Assembly: GCA_002269645.1 (NCBI GenBank) | Contig: NIVC01003581.1 | Span: forward strand, 25,760-89,759 | Source: Macrostomum lignano | Lineage: Eukaryota | DNA: 64,000 nt | Direction: 5' to 3' | Part shown: piece after piece, positions 11,797 to 23,526 of the stretch | Numbering within the stretch: the first letter of the stretch is position 1 | Layout of the letters: each line of letters begins with the position of its first letter | The notes under the pieces: generated by a model | Database searches by the model: none | What the model saw: only the letters and a program-made list of their open reading frames with translations | What the model was told of the DNA's origin: nothing | Program-made: the position numbers and the translations under genes

Positions 11797-12582
11797 GGCT
11801 CATTCCATATAAGATGGACATATTTGGAAAATAGAAAAAAGTCAATATTTTTGCTTGCCATTGCCTAATTAGCCTATTTTTTTACCAAATGTTTATATTG
11901 TGCAATATATACAATCTAAGAATAAAGGAATGGTAAAATGTTGGATTAGTATGTTATCAATTGGCAAAAAGTCATTTTTGTAAAAATTTGGACATTTTTC
12001 GAAGCAAAAGACATCATTAAGATTTTGTACCTTTTAAAAACAAATAGAAAGCTTTTGAAGGTTGAAACAAACTATAGATAAAAGTATAGTACTTGCATCA
12101 TCAGATAAAAGCATTGGTGACCAAATAATCTATTATATTTTTAATGTATTAGTACCTCAAAGTTACTGAATTGACAGAAAAAAATATGTTACGACCATAA
12201 TGTTACGACCATAAGGCTGCCTTTTCTTTTGTATCTTTGTTGCCTTTTGAGTTTATATATTCTAATAAAAGAGTATGATTTCTAAAGATGTTCTTAGTCA
12301 AATTTTAAAAATGTATCGCAAAATATCAAAAATGAAAAATGTTATAAGACTTTTACCTTTTAGTTTCTATATGTCAAAAATCCTGTCGTTACGACCATAA
12401 GTTTCATTTAAGGTTTAATAGCATCTATACTAATGATGATATCTATATGAAACTCTATAAATATATTCTAGACAAAATAATCTTTCATTTAAAATATTGG
12501 TTTAGTATATTCTATTATTAGATTTCATTTTATAAGTAAAAATAACCTGTCATGTTTCGACCATGCTTATATGGAATGAGCC
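11797..12582. mobile_element. Non-autonomous TIR element (MITE, 786 bp)
   Basis: TIR GGCTCATTCCATATAAG(C)ATGG at both ends; TAAA on both flanks (11793-96, 12583-86); internal repeats of GTTACGACCATA. Confidence 0.85.
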
Positions 12583-13200
12583 TAAACAGTAACAACTTGA
12601 AAGGATAAAAAAAAATAAAGGAGCAATTGGCGGGCTCCTTCATACTAAGATAAAATTTAATAGGATAGGTTAGCGACCGATATTATCATGGGGGCTCCAT
12701 AAAGAGTTACAGGAACAGGGGCATGCAAAAAGGCACTGGGAAAGGGAGCCAAATTAGCAGCCCCTAAAACGTTCCCACGCTCGAACAAAACCAAACAAAG
12801 AAAAGGGGTCAAGTCCTCAAATGGCCTCCGCTGAGGACAAGGTCTGGATCCGGGGCGCTTGACCTAAACAGGGCATAGAAAGCTTGGCCCATAAACAGTG
12901 GGCTCACAAATAGCAGAGAGAGAGGGGGGGATACTTCTGCACTTTGATAGCGTGCGGAAAAGTTTACAGTTCAAACGGATGCGCAGAATTCAACTGAAAT
13001 TGCAAAATAATTTTACTGTATCGCCTTGATTAAATGTCGCATATTGTCGTGTCGGATAAATATAATCGCATTGGTGCAAGCTTTTGCCAGAAAGCATAAG
13101 GATAAATGTAGAGAGCGAGAGTGCTGAATTAATGAAAATGCATGAGGCTAGCAAAATTGAGCACTATACTGGAGCATTGAAAACTTGTACAAAATATACA

Positions 13201-13440
13201 CTGCTTTTACCTGAAAGCATAAGGAAACGGCAAAATTTAAACCTGCTTTTGACCCTCAAGCATAAAAAAAATACACTGAATGAAGCCTGCTTTTATCCTG
13301 AAAGCATAAGGAAACGGCAAAATTGAAACCTGCTTTTAACCCTCAAGCATAAGGAAAAATACACTGAATGAAGCCTGCTTTTATCCTGAAAGCGTAAGGA
13401 AAATGAGAATTTTCTTTTAACCCTGAAGCATAAGGAAAGT
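13201..13440. repeat. Short tandem repeat, ~43-bp subunits arranged as ~87-bp dimers
   Basis: Recurrent CTGCTTTT...AAGCATAAGGAAA. Confidence 0.75.
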
Positions 13441-13546
13441 ATAGCAACTTAAACGGAAAACTAAAAAAATGGCTCTTAGCACAGAGCAGGGGCAGAGAAA
13501 GCTTACAGCAAAACTAAGAATTGGCACGCGCTCGCAAATTCGACTA

Positions 13547-15157
13547 CTAATAGTAATGCGCATCAAAAGTTAGCAACTTGGTGCAATAGCAAAATACCAA
13601 CGAAAGCTCCATACCGATGTCAGGCAGATCCGGGTTGCCTTCGGGCAGCACTTCCGGATGGCGGAGGCTCGGCTCGAACAATTGGCTGCCGCGCAGATCA
13701 GGCTGAGCTGCAGCTGGCTGTTCTGGAGTGGACTGATCGGCTGGTTCAACTTCACTTTCATCACTCGACTCGTAGGGCAGCATTGGCCGCTCTGTCTGGC
13801 GTGGTGGCTCCTGGCGATCTGCCATCATTTGCGGCACCTTGATGATGTTATTGCAATGTACAAGCATTTCAGCGGGGCGTCCCCGTCGGGCTGTTGAAGG
13901 CTGGATCCAGTAGGCTACTTCGCCGACCTTTCTGTTGACTTTGTACATACTTTTTTATGGTCTGTGGAACTTTGGCAGTTCGCCCAACTCGAGCTTCGGG
14001 TTGGCCAGGCAGACCAGATCTCCAGGCTGCAGTTCTACGGGCTTGGGTCAGTTCTCGTAGTATTTTTCACGGCGTTGAATCTCAGCTCGCAAGCGCTGTC
14101 GCACAATCCTCTCGGTTTCAGCCAGTCTGCGCTGATGCTTTGCGATGTACTCGGGGAGGTCTGGCGATATGTCCAGGCGGTCTAGGGTGTTATCAATTGG
14201 GTAGCGATAGGGCACTCCGTAGATGACGTAATGCGGCGAGAATCCCGTCGTACGGTTGACAGCTGATCGCAGGGCTGTCAAAGTGGCTGGCAGTATCTTG
14301 TCCCACTGTTGATGATCTTCGAGGAGACACGTGAGCACCTTCTTGATGTTTTTGTTGCACGACTCAGCTTGACCGTTGGCCCAGGGCGAGTATGGCAGCT
14401 TCGTTGTCTGCCGGATGCCATAGACTTCGCAGAAATGTCTAAACTCGTGCCCAGTGAACTGCTTGCCTTGGTCCGAATGGATCCACGCGGGGATTCCGGT
14501 GATCCGGAAGACTTGTTCCTGCAGCAGAGTTATAATTGTCTTGGCGTGCTGATTTTTCATGGCAAAGGCGAATGGATATTTCAACGTAGTGTCGACATAG
14601 GTGAGGATGTACTTGTTGCCTTGGTCTGTTGGGTCACCAGTAGGGCCCATGTTGTCGATTGCGCATCGCCCATAGATTTCGTAGACCGGAAACAATTGTA
14701 CATGCGCTGGGATGCGTCGCCGTCCTTTGCTCTGAGTGCAGGTCTGGCAGGAAGCGACATAGTCGGACACGGCCTTGGCCAGGGCCGGTCGCCAGAACCT
14801 CTCGCGCACCTTCACGATGGTGAGATCTCGGCCCATGTGTCCGCAGTAGGGTGAACCATGCAGGTCGGCGAACACTGTGGCGTTGAGGCTCTTCGGCAGG
14901 ACGATCCTCGCTTTATCCTCTTCGCCAACATCGTCGAGATGGATAACTAATAGTCCATCGTCTCGGACTTCCAATTGCTCATAGAATGCTAAAAGATTTC
15001 TCTCGTCTCTCGTCAGGTTTAATCGCTGATTCAGTGGCGGCTTCGGTTGTCGACTTTCGATTAAGTTGATCAGCATCGCGATAGCAGAGTCAGCTCGCTG
15101 ATGGGTCTGGAGCTCCTCGCAGGTGACTGGCCTCGGAATGCGATCTGTTAAATTCAA
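13547..15157 (-). pseudogene. Gypsy integrase (HHCC, DDE core, GPY/F-like tail), frameshifted near 14050
   Basis: HGSPYCGHMG...CQTC; AIDNMGP, HSDQGKQF, NGQAESCNK; tail YKVNRKVGEVAYWI; no chromodomain seen. Confidence 0.9.
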
Positions 15158-15166
15158 AGTTTGGCA

Positions 15167-17972
15167 TCAGTTAGTCAGATTTGTCAAATTTGTCGGCGCG
15201 GCCTCGGCTGTGGTGGCATGGTTCGGGGTCTGGAGCTCCCTCCGCATGATCGCTACTCTGACCAATTGCCGGGCTGTTGAATTTGATGGCCAATCCTCGT
15301 CGATAGCTTCAGTGTCTTTGTTGTCAGCAGATAAGGGTGAGTCAGCTGAGCTGCCGGCGTCGAGGCTGAATCTCACTTTCTTGAACACAGGATGGCGAGC
15401 AGATTGGCAGCGGTCGTCGCTGGCTGCGCTGTGGTCGCTGTCCTTGTCGCCTCCAGCTAGTAGACGGCGGCTCCTTGACGGGCAACATGTCATGCTGCTA
15501 AAACTGGTGGGCAACCTCTGTGAGTCTCGAAAATGGCTGGCAGATGGCTTACGCTTCGTTGCCGGTGGGTGCAGTGCTGTCAGTGGCTTGCTGTCGGCTG
15601 TTGATGTTGCTGGCGGCGTAGCCTGACCATTGGACTCCTTTGGTTTCGTCGGCGGCCTTCGTCGGTGATGGCGGGTCGGTTGCTTTTTGCTCGGTGGAGG
15701 GCTAGGGTGGCTGCTGTCGTGGACCTTCGGCGCCGCTGCGCCAGTTATCGCGGCTGGCTGCTTACTTTGGTCCTCATCAGCTGCCTTGCGCTGAGCCTCC
15801 TCAATGCATTCGGCGTCGTCCTTGGGCCGTTGCGAGAGACCATCGGCATTCTGATGCTGACTTGACTTTCGATGTTGAATCTCAAACTCAAATTCGCTAA
15901 GGCGCTGTAGCCATTGTCCAAAGATTCCTTCTTGCTGAGTTCGTCTTAAAATCCAGGTTAATGCGGCATGATTGGTTCGGCAGATGAACTTCTTGGCCAG
16001 CAAGTAGAAGCGGAAATGTTGCATTCCGTCTACAACTGCCAAAAGTTCCTGCTTCGTAATCGGATAACGGGCTTCGGCTGGTTTGAGTCGCCAAGAGAAA
16101 TAGCCAATTGGTCGCTTGACTCCGTCAGCTTGGCATTGGCTCAGGCAGGCTCCGATTCTGGTCGCAGAAGCATCCGTGTCCAGGATAAACATAACATTAG
16201 GATCCTCGCTGAACTGCAGATACGCAAGCACTGATGTCGAAGTCAAGGCTGCTTTGAGCTAGTCAAACGCGTCTTGCTGGGCTTTTCCCCATAGACAGTT
16301 GAAATTGTGGATTTTCTTCTCTTTGATTAAATTGTGGAGTGGAGCTGCAAGTTCTGCATAGCCAGGTACAAATTTTGCATAGTAAGCACACGTGCAGACA
16401 AAACTTTTAAGTTGTCAAGCTATTCTTGGTCTTGGCCAGGTCTAAATAGCCTCAATCTTCGCCAGATTGGTCTTGATGCTGTCCTTAGTAACTACATGTC
16501 CCAGATAGTTTAGAGTCGCCCGAAATAAATGGCACTTCCTGCCTTTGAACTTTAGGTTGGCATCTTGAATTCGCTTAAATACTTCTTCCATATGCTGTAG
16601 ATGGTCGTTAAATTTCTTAGAATAGACGATTACGTCATCCAGATAGGCTATTGCACTTTTATAGGCAATCCCGTTGAGCACAGCATTCATGAGGCGCATG
16701 AAGCTGGCCGGCGCCGAACTTAATCCCATAGGCATCACATTGTAAGCGAATTGTCCGCGTGCAGCATGGCGAAGGCTGTCAGATCTTGATCCTCTGGATG
16801 CAGTGGAATATGATAGTAGCCACTATTGAGGTCGAACGTGCTGAATAGCTGGCTTCCTTCAAGGCTAGCGAATGCTTCTTGAATGTTAGGAATCGGGTAT
16901 GGAAAGTACTCAAATTTTTGGTTCAGACTCCTGAAGTATTGTACAATTCTCAGGCTGCCATCCTTCTTCGGGATGATCACCAGCGGGGTGTTGTAGCTGG
17001 AGAAGCTTGGTCTAATTACGCCTTTGGCAAGCAGATCGTCAAGTAGCTGGTCCATCTTGGGCAGCAGATGCGGCGGAATCCGCCGGGTCGGCAGATGCAC
17101 AGGATCCCTGTCCTTCAATACGATGTTGTGGGTGACCAGGTGGGTTCGGCCGAGATCGTGTGGCCCCTGCAAGAAGATAGTCTTGTACTTTTTCAATAGC
17201 TCTATGACTTGAGCGCGCTGGTCATTGGACAAATCCTCGCCGATGTTGATCTCTTTGATCCAAGCATCAGGATCTTCGTCTTGAACTTGATTAACTGAGG
17301 CTTCTGGCTTCGGCAGCAGAAAGAATTGTAACTCGGGCAATCTGATTGGTCTAGCAATCCCAACTAGGGCATTTGCTCGCACTTTGATGGAAGTAGTGCC
17401 TCGATTGATCATTTCAAAAGCGCCTTCTCCATTGGCCATAGATATTAGGGCTGGCGCGGCGTCCAGTTGCTGCACATCTTCTTCACGCCGAGCCTTCTTC
17501 CTTCTTCCTTCTTCTTTAGTCCTTTTGCTTGTTTAATCTTGATTCGGGCTGATGATAACGGCGGCACGGTTGTGCTCTCAGCTGTGTAGATTCTGCACGT
17601 AGTAGCTTTGGTTTGCGTATAGCGGAGTGGTGCGGCAGTGCCGTCCTTGAAGAACAGCATCCCGGTGGCGAGATCCAGTGATGTACTATACTTCTCCAGG
17701 AACTCGAAGCCCAGGATGTTGTCATGAGATTCCTTTGCTAGCAGAAACTTGACTGTAGTCTCAAAACTTCCAATTTTAACTTTGATTGATAGTTGGCCTG
17801 CCATTTGAATAGGCTCTCCATTGTAGGTCACAATGCATTGCAAGCAGGGCTCGATTTGGCCACGCAGGGTCAGGTCATCAGTACATAGTCGGTGCCCAGT
17901 GCTAAATCCTAGGACTTCGCACTTGGAGCCGGTGTCAAGCAGAAAAAGCAAAATAATGACCCTGAATTTCAC
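15167..17972 (-). pseudogene. pol: Gypsy copy 2 protease-RT-RNase H, disrupted
   Basis: LLDTGS, YLDD, LDTDAS motifs split over four ORF fragments; stop at 16442 where copy 1 has IEAIQ. Confidence 0.92.
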
Positions 17973-18337
17973 CAGTTAGAACGGATTCCTTTGGGGTCAC
18001 TTAGGTGCAGAGTTCTGTATAGGTGCAGTGGAGGCGGTCTCAGCAGTGGCCTGCTGAGCGACTAAAGTCCTCGGCAAGGACCTTAGTGCTGGCTCGACTG
18101 CTGGATGGCGCTGCCCCCGTTGGCACATCCCACATCCAGCCGTCCCGTTTCCCGAGCTGCCGTTGCGCTGGGGCGCGGTGCTGGCCGACCGCCAGTGCGG
18201 GCACTCATCGGTGCGGTCACTCATTGGCGCGGTGCTCGCGATTGCACCTGTAACACATAGCGCTCTGTCGCCGCAGCTGATAGGGCGGCGGGTGTGAACC
18301 CAACTGTTGCTGCCGCTGTGGCTGCTGCTGCTGCTGT

Positions 18338-21300
18338 GTGTGTGTGTGCTGCTCAACTCATGCGCTTCCATCTTTCTTTGATCCAGTTCCAGAACCTGTA
18401 GGCGGCGTCTGGTTGGTTCCAGAGATCGCACAGGCTGGTGATGTTGTACTCCTGCCTCCTTTTCCACATAGCCGGGCAATCCATTAAGTGCGAGTTGGAT
18501 TCTTCGCCATCTCCACATAGCCTGCAGCTGTCACTGTCCTGGTTGCCAAGTCTCTTGCGGAACTGGTTCAGTTCGAGAGAGTGTCCGGTACAGAAGCGTC
18601 TGAAGCTCATTGCTTCGCTGCGGTCTGCATATTCCTTCTTCCAGTTGCTTTTGGGGCCTTTGCTGTAGGTCTCTTTGCTGCGTTGGTGGCTCCATTCCTT
18701 CACTCTGGTCAGGTCTCGGTAGATGGATCTCTTAACCAGGTTGGCAAGCACACCGGCTCCTCTAGCTGGTCTGCCGGCTGCGGCCTTGGCCGTGGTGTCG
18801 GCCTCTTCGTTCCCGCTGAGGCCACAGTGGGCCGGGACCCAGCAAATGATGAGCCGGCTGTTGGTCTCACTGGCTGCCTGCAAGTTGTTGGTGATTCTAT
18901 TGGCTATCAGATTACTTCTTCTGCTGTGGAGGAGCTGGAGGCTGCTGAGGCTGTCCGTGGCAATGCAGGTGCTTTTTCCCCGGCCATGGTGACAGATCCA
19001 ATCAGTGGCTGCTTGCAGCGCGTGCAGCTCAGCCTGGAGTGAGCTGCAGGGCTTGCCGGCGTCGACCTCAATACGGGTTTGTGTGTCCCAGCCGTCGATC
19101 CCTTTGGCTGTCACAACGACTCCGCCACCACCTTTACCATCTCTGCTGACTGATCCATCCGTGTAGAGGATGAGGTCTGCGTCGGCAGCGCAGCTTTGGA
19201 TGATGTTCTCGGCCAGGTTCCTGTTGTCAGCTTCGCAAAGCTTGTGCCAGCCTTCCATGTGAATCGTGAATTTCCTTTCCTCCCATGGGGCCAGCGTTGC
19301 AGGTTGTTCATCCTTCTCCACCGTGATGTTGAGCAAACCATGGTCATCAAGCAACTCTTTAGCTCGGGCTCTCCAGCCTTTTCTTTTAAGCCTCTGCTTT
19401 GGCCCTTCACCAACCAGCTCTCTTCTGATGCTACCGGGGGGCTGTCGTCTGAGGCGGTCGAATTTCTCGGCCCATCTGGCCTTGCTGCACACTTTGAGGG
19501 GCTCAAGGCCGCTTTCCATACTGAGCGTTTCAACCAGGGTTGTAGCCATGAGGCCAGTCATGATCCTTTCAGCTGAGCGCTGTATCACTTCGAGCTTGTG
19601 CCAGCTGCTTTCGCTGATCCAAGGCATCCATGCTGGAGCGCCGTACAGGATCTTGCTCTTAATAAGAGCTTCATACGTGATTTTAATTAGCTCCAGGCTC
19701 CAGCCCCAGTCACTGCCAGCCAGTTTCCTTAATATGTTAACTTTTTTAAGGCATGCCTCTTTGATGTTGTTAACGTGCATCTCAAATTTCAGCGTTCTGT
19801 CGAAGGTGATCCCCAGGAACTTCGCGGTTGGGGCCCAGCTGATAGTGCTGCCGTACATCGTGAAGGTGCTGTCTTCTAGGCTGGTTCTAGTGCTAGTCGT
19901 AGACAGAAGCGTGAGGGAACACTTGCTTACTGCAATCGGCATAAGCCAGTTATTGCTCCAAGTCTCCGTGAGCTGGATGGCTTTATCCATACTCGCGCGC
20001 ATCTGGTCTTGCCTGCCAGAGGTCCAGATGGCAAGGTCATCCGCAAAGCCGCTAACTTTGACCCCCTCGACTGCGCTGAGACCTTCTAGGAGGTCGTCAA
20101 TGTAGACCAGGAACAGCAGCGGCGACAGGACGGAGCCTTGCGGCAGGCCTTGCTCGAGCACTTTAAGCTTGCTGTCCTTGCCATTGAAGTTGACTTTAGC
20201 TAATCTGTGACTCAGCCATGCTTGTATCCATCTGATCGAGAGCCTTCCCACTCCTTTGTTGATCAGTTTCCAGATGAGGCCGGTGCGGAGCACTTTGTCG
20301 AACGCTCGCTCGAAATCCACCAGTAGCAAAAGCGTGCAGATTTTCTTCTGAAAGCCATCATCGGCGTCCTGCGCGAGCCTGAGCAGTTGGTCCTCCGTGG
20401 ATCTGCCAGCCCTAAACCCAGCCTGGCAGTCGCTAAGGAGCCCTTTGCTCTCGAGGTGGTAACTAATTCTGTTGGTGATAACTCTTTCAAGCCATTTGCC
20501 TAGGCAGGATGTGAGGCTGATCGGCCTGTATGAGGGTATGCATTCAGCATCTTTGCCAGGCTTCAGGAGCGGGATGATTCTAGCCGTGTGCCAGCTCTGG
20601 GGCACTTCGGCCTGCCTGTAGGAGTCGTTGAAGAGGCTAGTGATGGCAGGCAGGCTGCTGGATGGCAATTCCTTAAGGAGCCTGGGGTGGATAAGGTCTT
20701 TGCCGGCCGCTTTGTTACCATCCATGGCTTCAAGCGCACTCACGACTTCGGACATGAGGATGGGCTGGTCCATTTCTGCTTCCGCTAAAGTTTCCATCTC
20801 ACGCAGGGCAGCGTTCGCACTACTTCTAATTTTTCTTTGCTTTTTGGGAATAAAGTAGTTGCTGACACTTTGGCGTTGGCTTTGGCTCTGTCCGACAGGA
20901 AGGTCTTGCCACGATGCTGGATGGATTTCCCCACTTGGTCTTTGGCGCTCTTGCCATTGAGGCGTTTGACTACTGACCACATTTTTGCACTGCTCGCGTT
21001 GTTACTCAGGTGGTTTCGCCACTCCTCCTCCTTGCTTTTCCTAATCTCAGACTTGAGCCATTGTTCTTTTTCAGCCCATAGCTCCGGTTCAGCTGCGGCG
21101 TCGCACTTGCCAAGCTCCTCCAGGGCTTCCCTCATCTCGTCGTTGATGGAGGACTGGTTCCGGGTTGTGCGCGCAATGGTACCGACCGATGCTCTCGCAG
21201 CATTGATGATGATATCCCTGATCTTTTTCTTATTCTCCTTAACGCATCCAGCACCGCAAATCGATTCTGCCAGGCCGGCTTCAATGTTGTCTCTGTAGGC

Positions 21301-22280
21301 TGTCCAGTCAGCGGCTTTCCAATTCCAGCTGATGATCTTTCTGGCTGGCTCTCTGTTGCTGCAGCCATGCCCTAGCTGCATGATGATGAGGTGGTGGTCC
21401 GACCTGTGTAGCTGAGCTGTTTCCCAGGACCATATGGGTTCGTCCTCTCTGCTACAGAAGGTGATATCTGGCGATGATTTGATGCTCCCGGTGGGATCAA
21501 CCCTAGTGACGCTGCCATCATTGAGCACAGCTAATTAATTGTTGTCCAGCCACTCAACGAGCGCTGTACCTCTGCCGTCACCTGGACAGATGTTGTCCCA
21601 GAGGGAGTGGTGGGCGTTAAAGTCGCCAGCAATAAGCCAATTCCTGCCTGCTAGGAGTTTGCTGATGGCCTCGCTGCTCACCGCTCTGGACCCTTCAGGC
21701 GGGATGTACATATTCGCTATCTGGACACTGTTGCCGTTGCCGTTGCCGTTGCTGGAGCGGCCTCTTCTTAGCCAGATCTTAGTAGTGATCATTTCGATGC
21801 CGTCCTTCTGGCATAGGTTGCATTCCACCTCTTCGTATTTGATTCCTGCTTTGATGAGCGTGGCTACGTCTCCTCCTCTACCGAATGTACTGAGGAGTTT
21901 CCTGTGCCGGTCTTTTCTAACAATCTCGTAGCCTGGTATAGATAGGGTACCGTCTTCCTCCCTCAACTTGGTCTCTTGGAGCAGCATGACGTCAACGTTG
22001 TGGTCGTCCAGGAACTTCTCAAGCAGCGGCAGTTTGGCTCTGAGGTGGTCGCAGTTCCACTGCGCGACTCTGATGCTTTCCTTGCCGACCGTCCCTGCCG
22101 GACTAGTGGCATAATCAAGTGCTGAACCTCCGCGGCCATCCCCCTTGGTCGCCCTGCACAGGCTGCATTCCTATCCACCATCTTTTTTGAACCTCTCTCT
22201 GCAGGCGCGGCTTTCATTGCCCGCGCAGGTCCAGTGCACGGTCTTTCCGCAGCTGCCGCAGCTGACCCCGGTGCCTCACA
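18338..22280 (-). mobile_element. Non-LTR retrotransposon (I-group, Ingi-like), 5'-truncated, nested in Gypsy 2 gag
   Basis: 12-bp direct repeat TGCTGCTGCTGT at 18326-18337 and 22281-22292; (CA)n tail after the stop; gag sequence resumes on both sides. Confidence 0.9.
18353..22275 (-). pseudogene. LINE ORF: partial PHD finger - APE endonuclease - RT - RNase H - CCHC; stops at 22171 and 21535, frameshift ~20870
   Basis: QWNCDHLR, LLQETKL, IAGDFNAHH, SSPDITF, SDHHLI; YRPISLTSCLGK, LPQGSVLSP, FADD; YTDGS, TDSLS, WVPAHCGLSGNEEAD; CRLCGDGEESNSHLMDC. Confidence 0.93.
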
Positions 22281-22292
22281 TGCTGCTGCTGT

Positions 22293-23460
22293 CGATGTTG
22301 ACCTCCTGCTGGCGGCGTCCTTGGTGGCAGGTTGCTGCCATCTCGTGGTTGCTGAAGTCGATGGAACTGCTTGTGCTGCACAATCCGTGTGCCGGGTGTC
22401 TTGAATTGGGCGCTCTCATCGGCGCTGCGGCAAGGAGTCGAGGGCACCAAACATCTGTTGCGTTGGCCCCAAGAGTCCTGCGGCTAGTGGCAAGCAGGTT
22501 CCCATGGCTCCTGGGTGTCGTTATTGCGCGATCCCAGCGAGTGGAATTCTCACAGCTCATTGCTCAAAGCTTCTAGTAGACGTTGCTGCTCTTGCAGTGT
22601 CTCAGTTTGCTGTTCCATCACTTCACGCAACCAATTCTCTTTGGGCCGAGATGACCTGTCGTGTTGCACTCCAGTTGGTGACTGACTGTCGTCATCTTCG
22701 AGGACCCGGACATGTCTCGCTGCTGGCGGCAGTGCTACCCTCTGAGCCAGGCTAGCTGCTGTCTCCAGGCATAGCACAGCCCTTCTTGCTGCAGTTAGAT
22801 TCTGGGGTCACACTAGGATTAGCTGTTCTTTGGCTGACTGGGCAATTTGCACTCCCACGGTGAACTGGTCCACTAGCTCGGCCTGCTTCTGAACCGGGGT
22901 GAAATGCGGAAATGCTCTATTGGCCAGAGCAATTAATCAATCACCGTAGTCGTTGACACTCTCATTCTTGCCTTGCTGGCAGCATCGGAATTGCTCACAG
23001 TACTCCAGCGTGTCAGCCACGTGGGTGAAGCGCTCGGACAGTCTTTGCTTGAATTCGCCAAACGTCAGATTGTCTGGCAGTTCCATCTTGACGACTGCGG
23101 GATAGGTTGTGGCAATGTCCAAATTCACTAGGACCTCCGCCTTCTAACGTCTGTTGTCTACAATCCCATTGAGTTCGCAACGCTCTTCGAGAGCTTGGAT
23201 CCAAACGTCAAAGTCCTGGTTCAGGGTGTACCCTGAATCTTAACCGGCTTCGGCGCTGGAGCTCGGTCAGGCTGTTGGGGTGGCTGATACACGTGGTGAT
23301 GGTGCTGCGGCTGTCTCAAGTTGGCCTACTCTAGTCGCCATCTTACCTCTTCTGTCACTGCTCGAATCATCTCGTTGTAGGTCGGCCTAGTAGTTGAGTT
23401 GTCAGGGCCCGCAGTGTCGGTTGTCGCGTCCGCGGCCATTGAGTTAGTTGTCAAAGCCAT
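22293..23460 (-). pseudogene. gag: Gypsy copy 2 gag, N-terminal part (C-terminal part at ~18030-18325)
   Basis: Near-collinear with the copy 1 gag (NLDIATTYPAVV..., DNSTTRPTY.EMIRAVTEEV), with stops and frameshifts. Confidence 0.9.
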
Positions 23461-23505
23461 AATGTAAATTCTGAACAACTCGTTGAAAGGATTTTGGCAT
23501 TTTGC

Positions 23506-23525
23506 ATCCCAATTAGCTGACACCA
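23506..23525 (-). promoter_or_regulatory. Primer binding site of Gypsy copy 2
   Basis: Minus strand TGGTGTCAGCTAATTGGGAT adjacent to the LTR end. Confidence 0.75.
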
Positions 23526-23526
23526 A

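Noticed and set aside
13547-13948. Chromodomain or env gene after the integrase
   Set aside because: The tail is short and low-complexity; no chromodomain aromatic cage or TM/furin signature seen.
404-23526. Plus-strand and alternative-frame ORFs over the Gypsy, hAT and LINE genes (e.g. 404-670, 8537-9025, 14309-14854, 19266-20105)
   Set aside because: Shadow ORFs of GC-rich coding sequence; no independent motifs.
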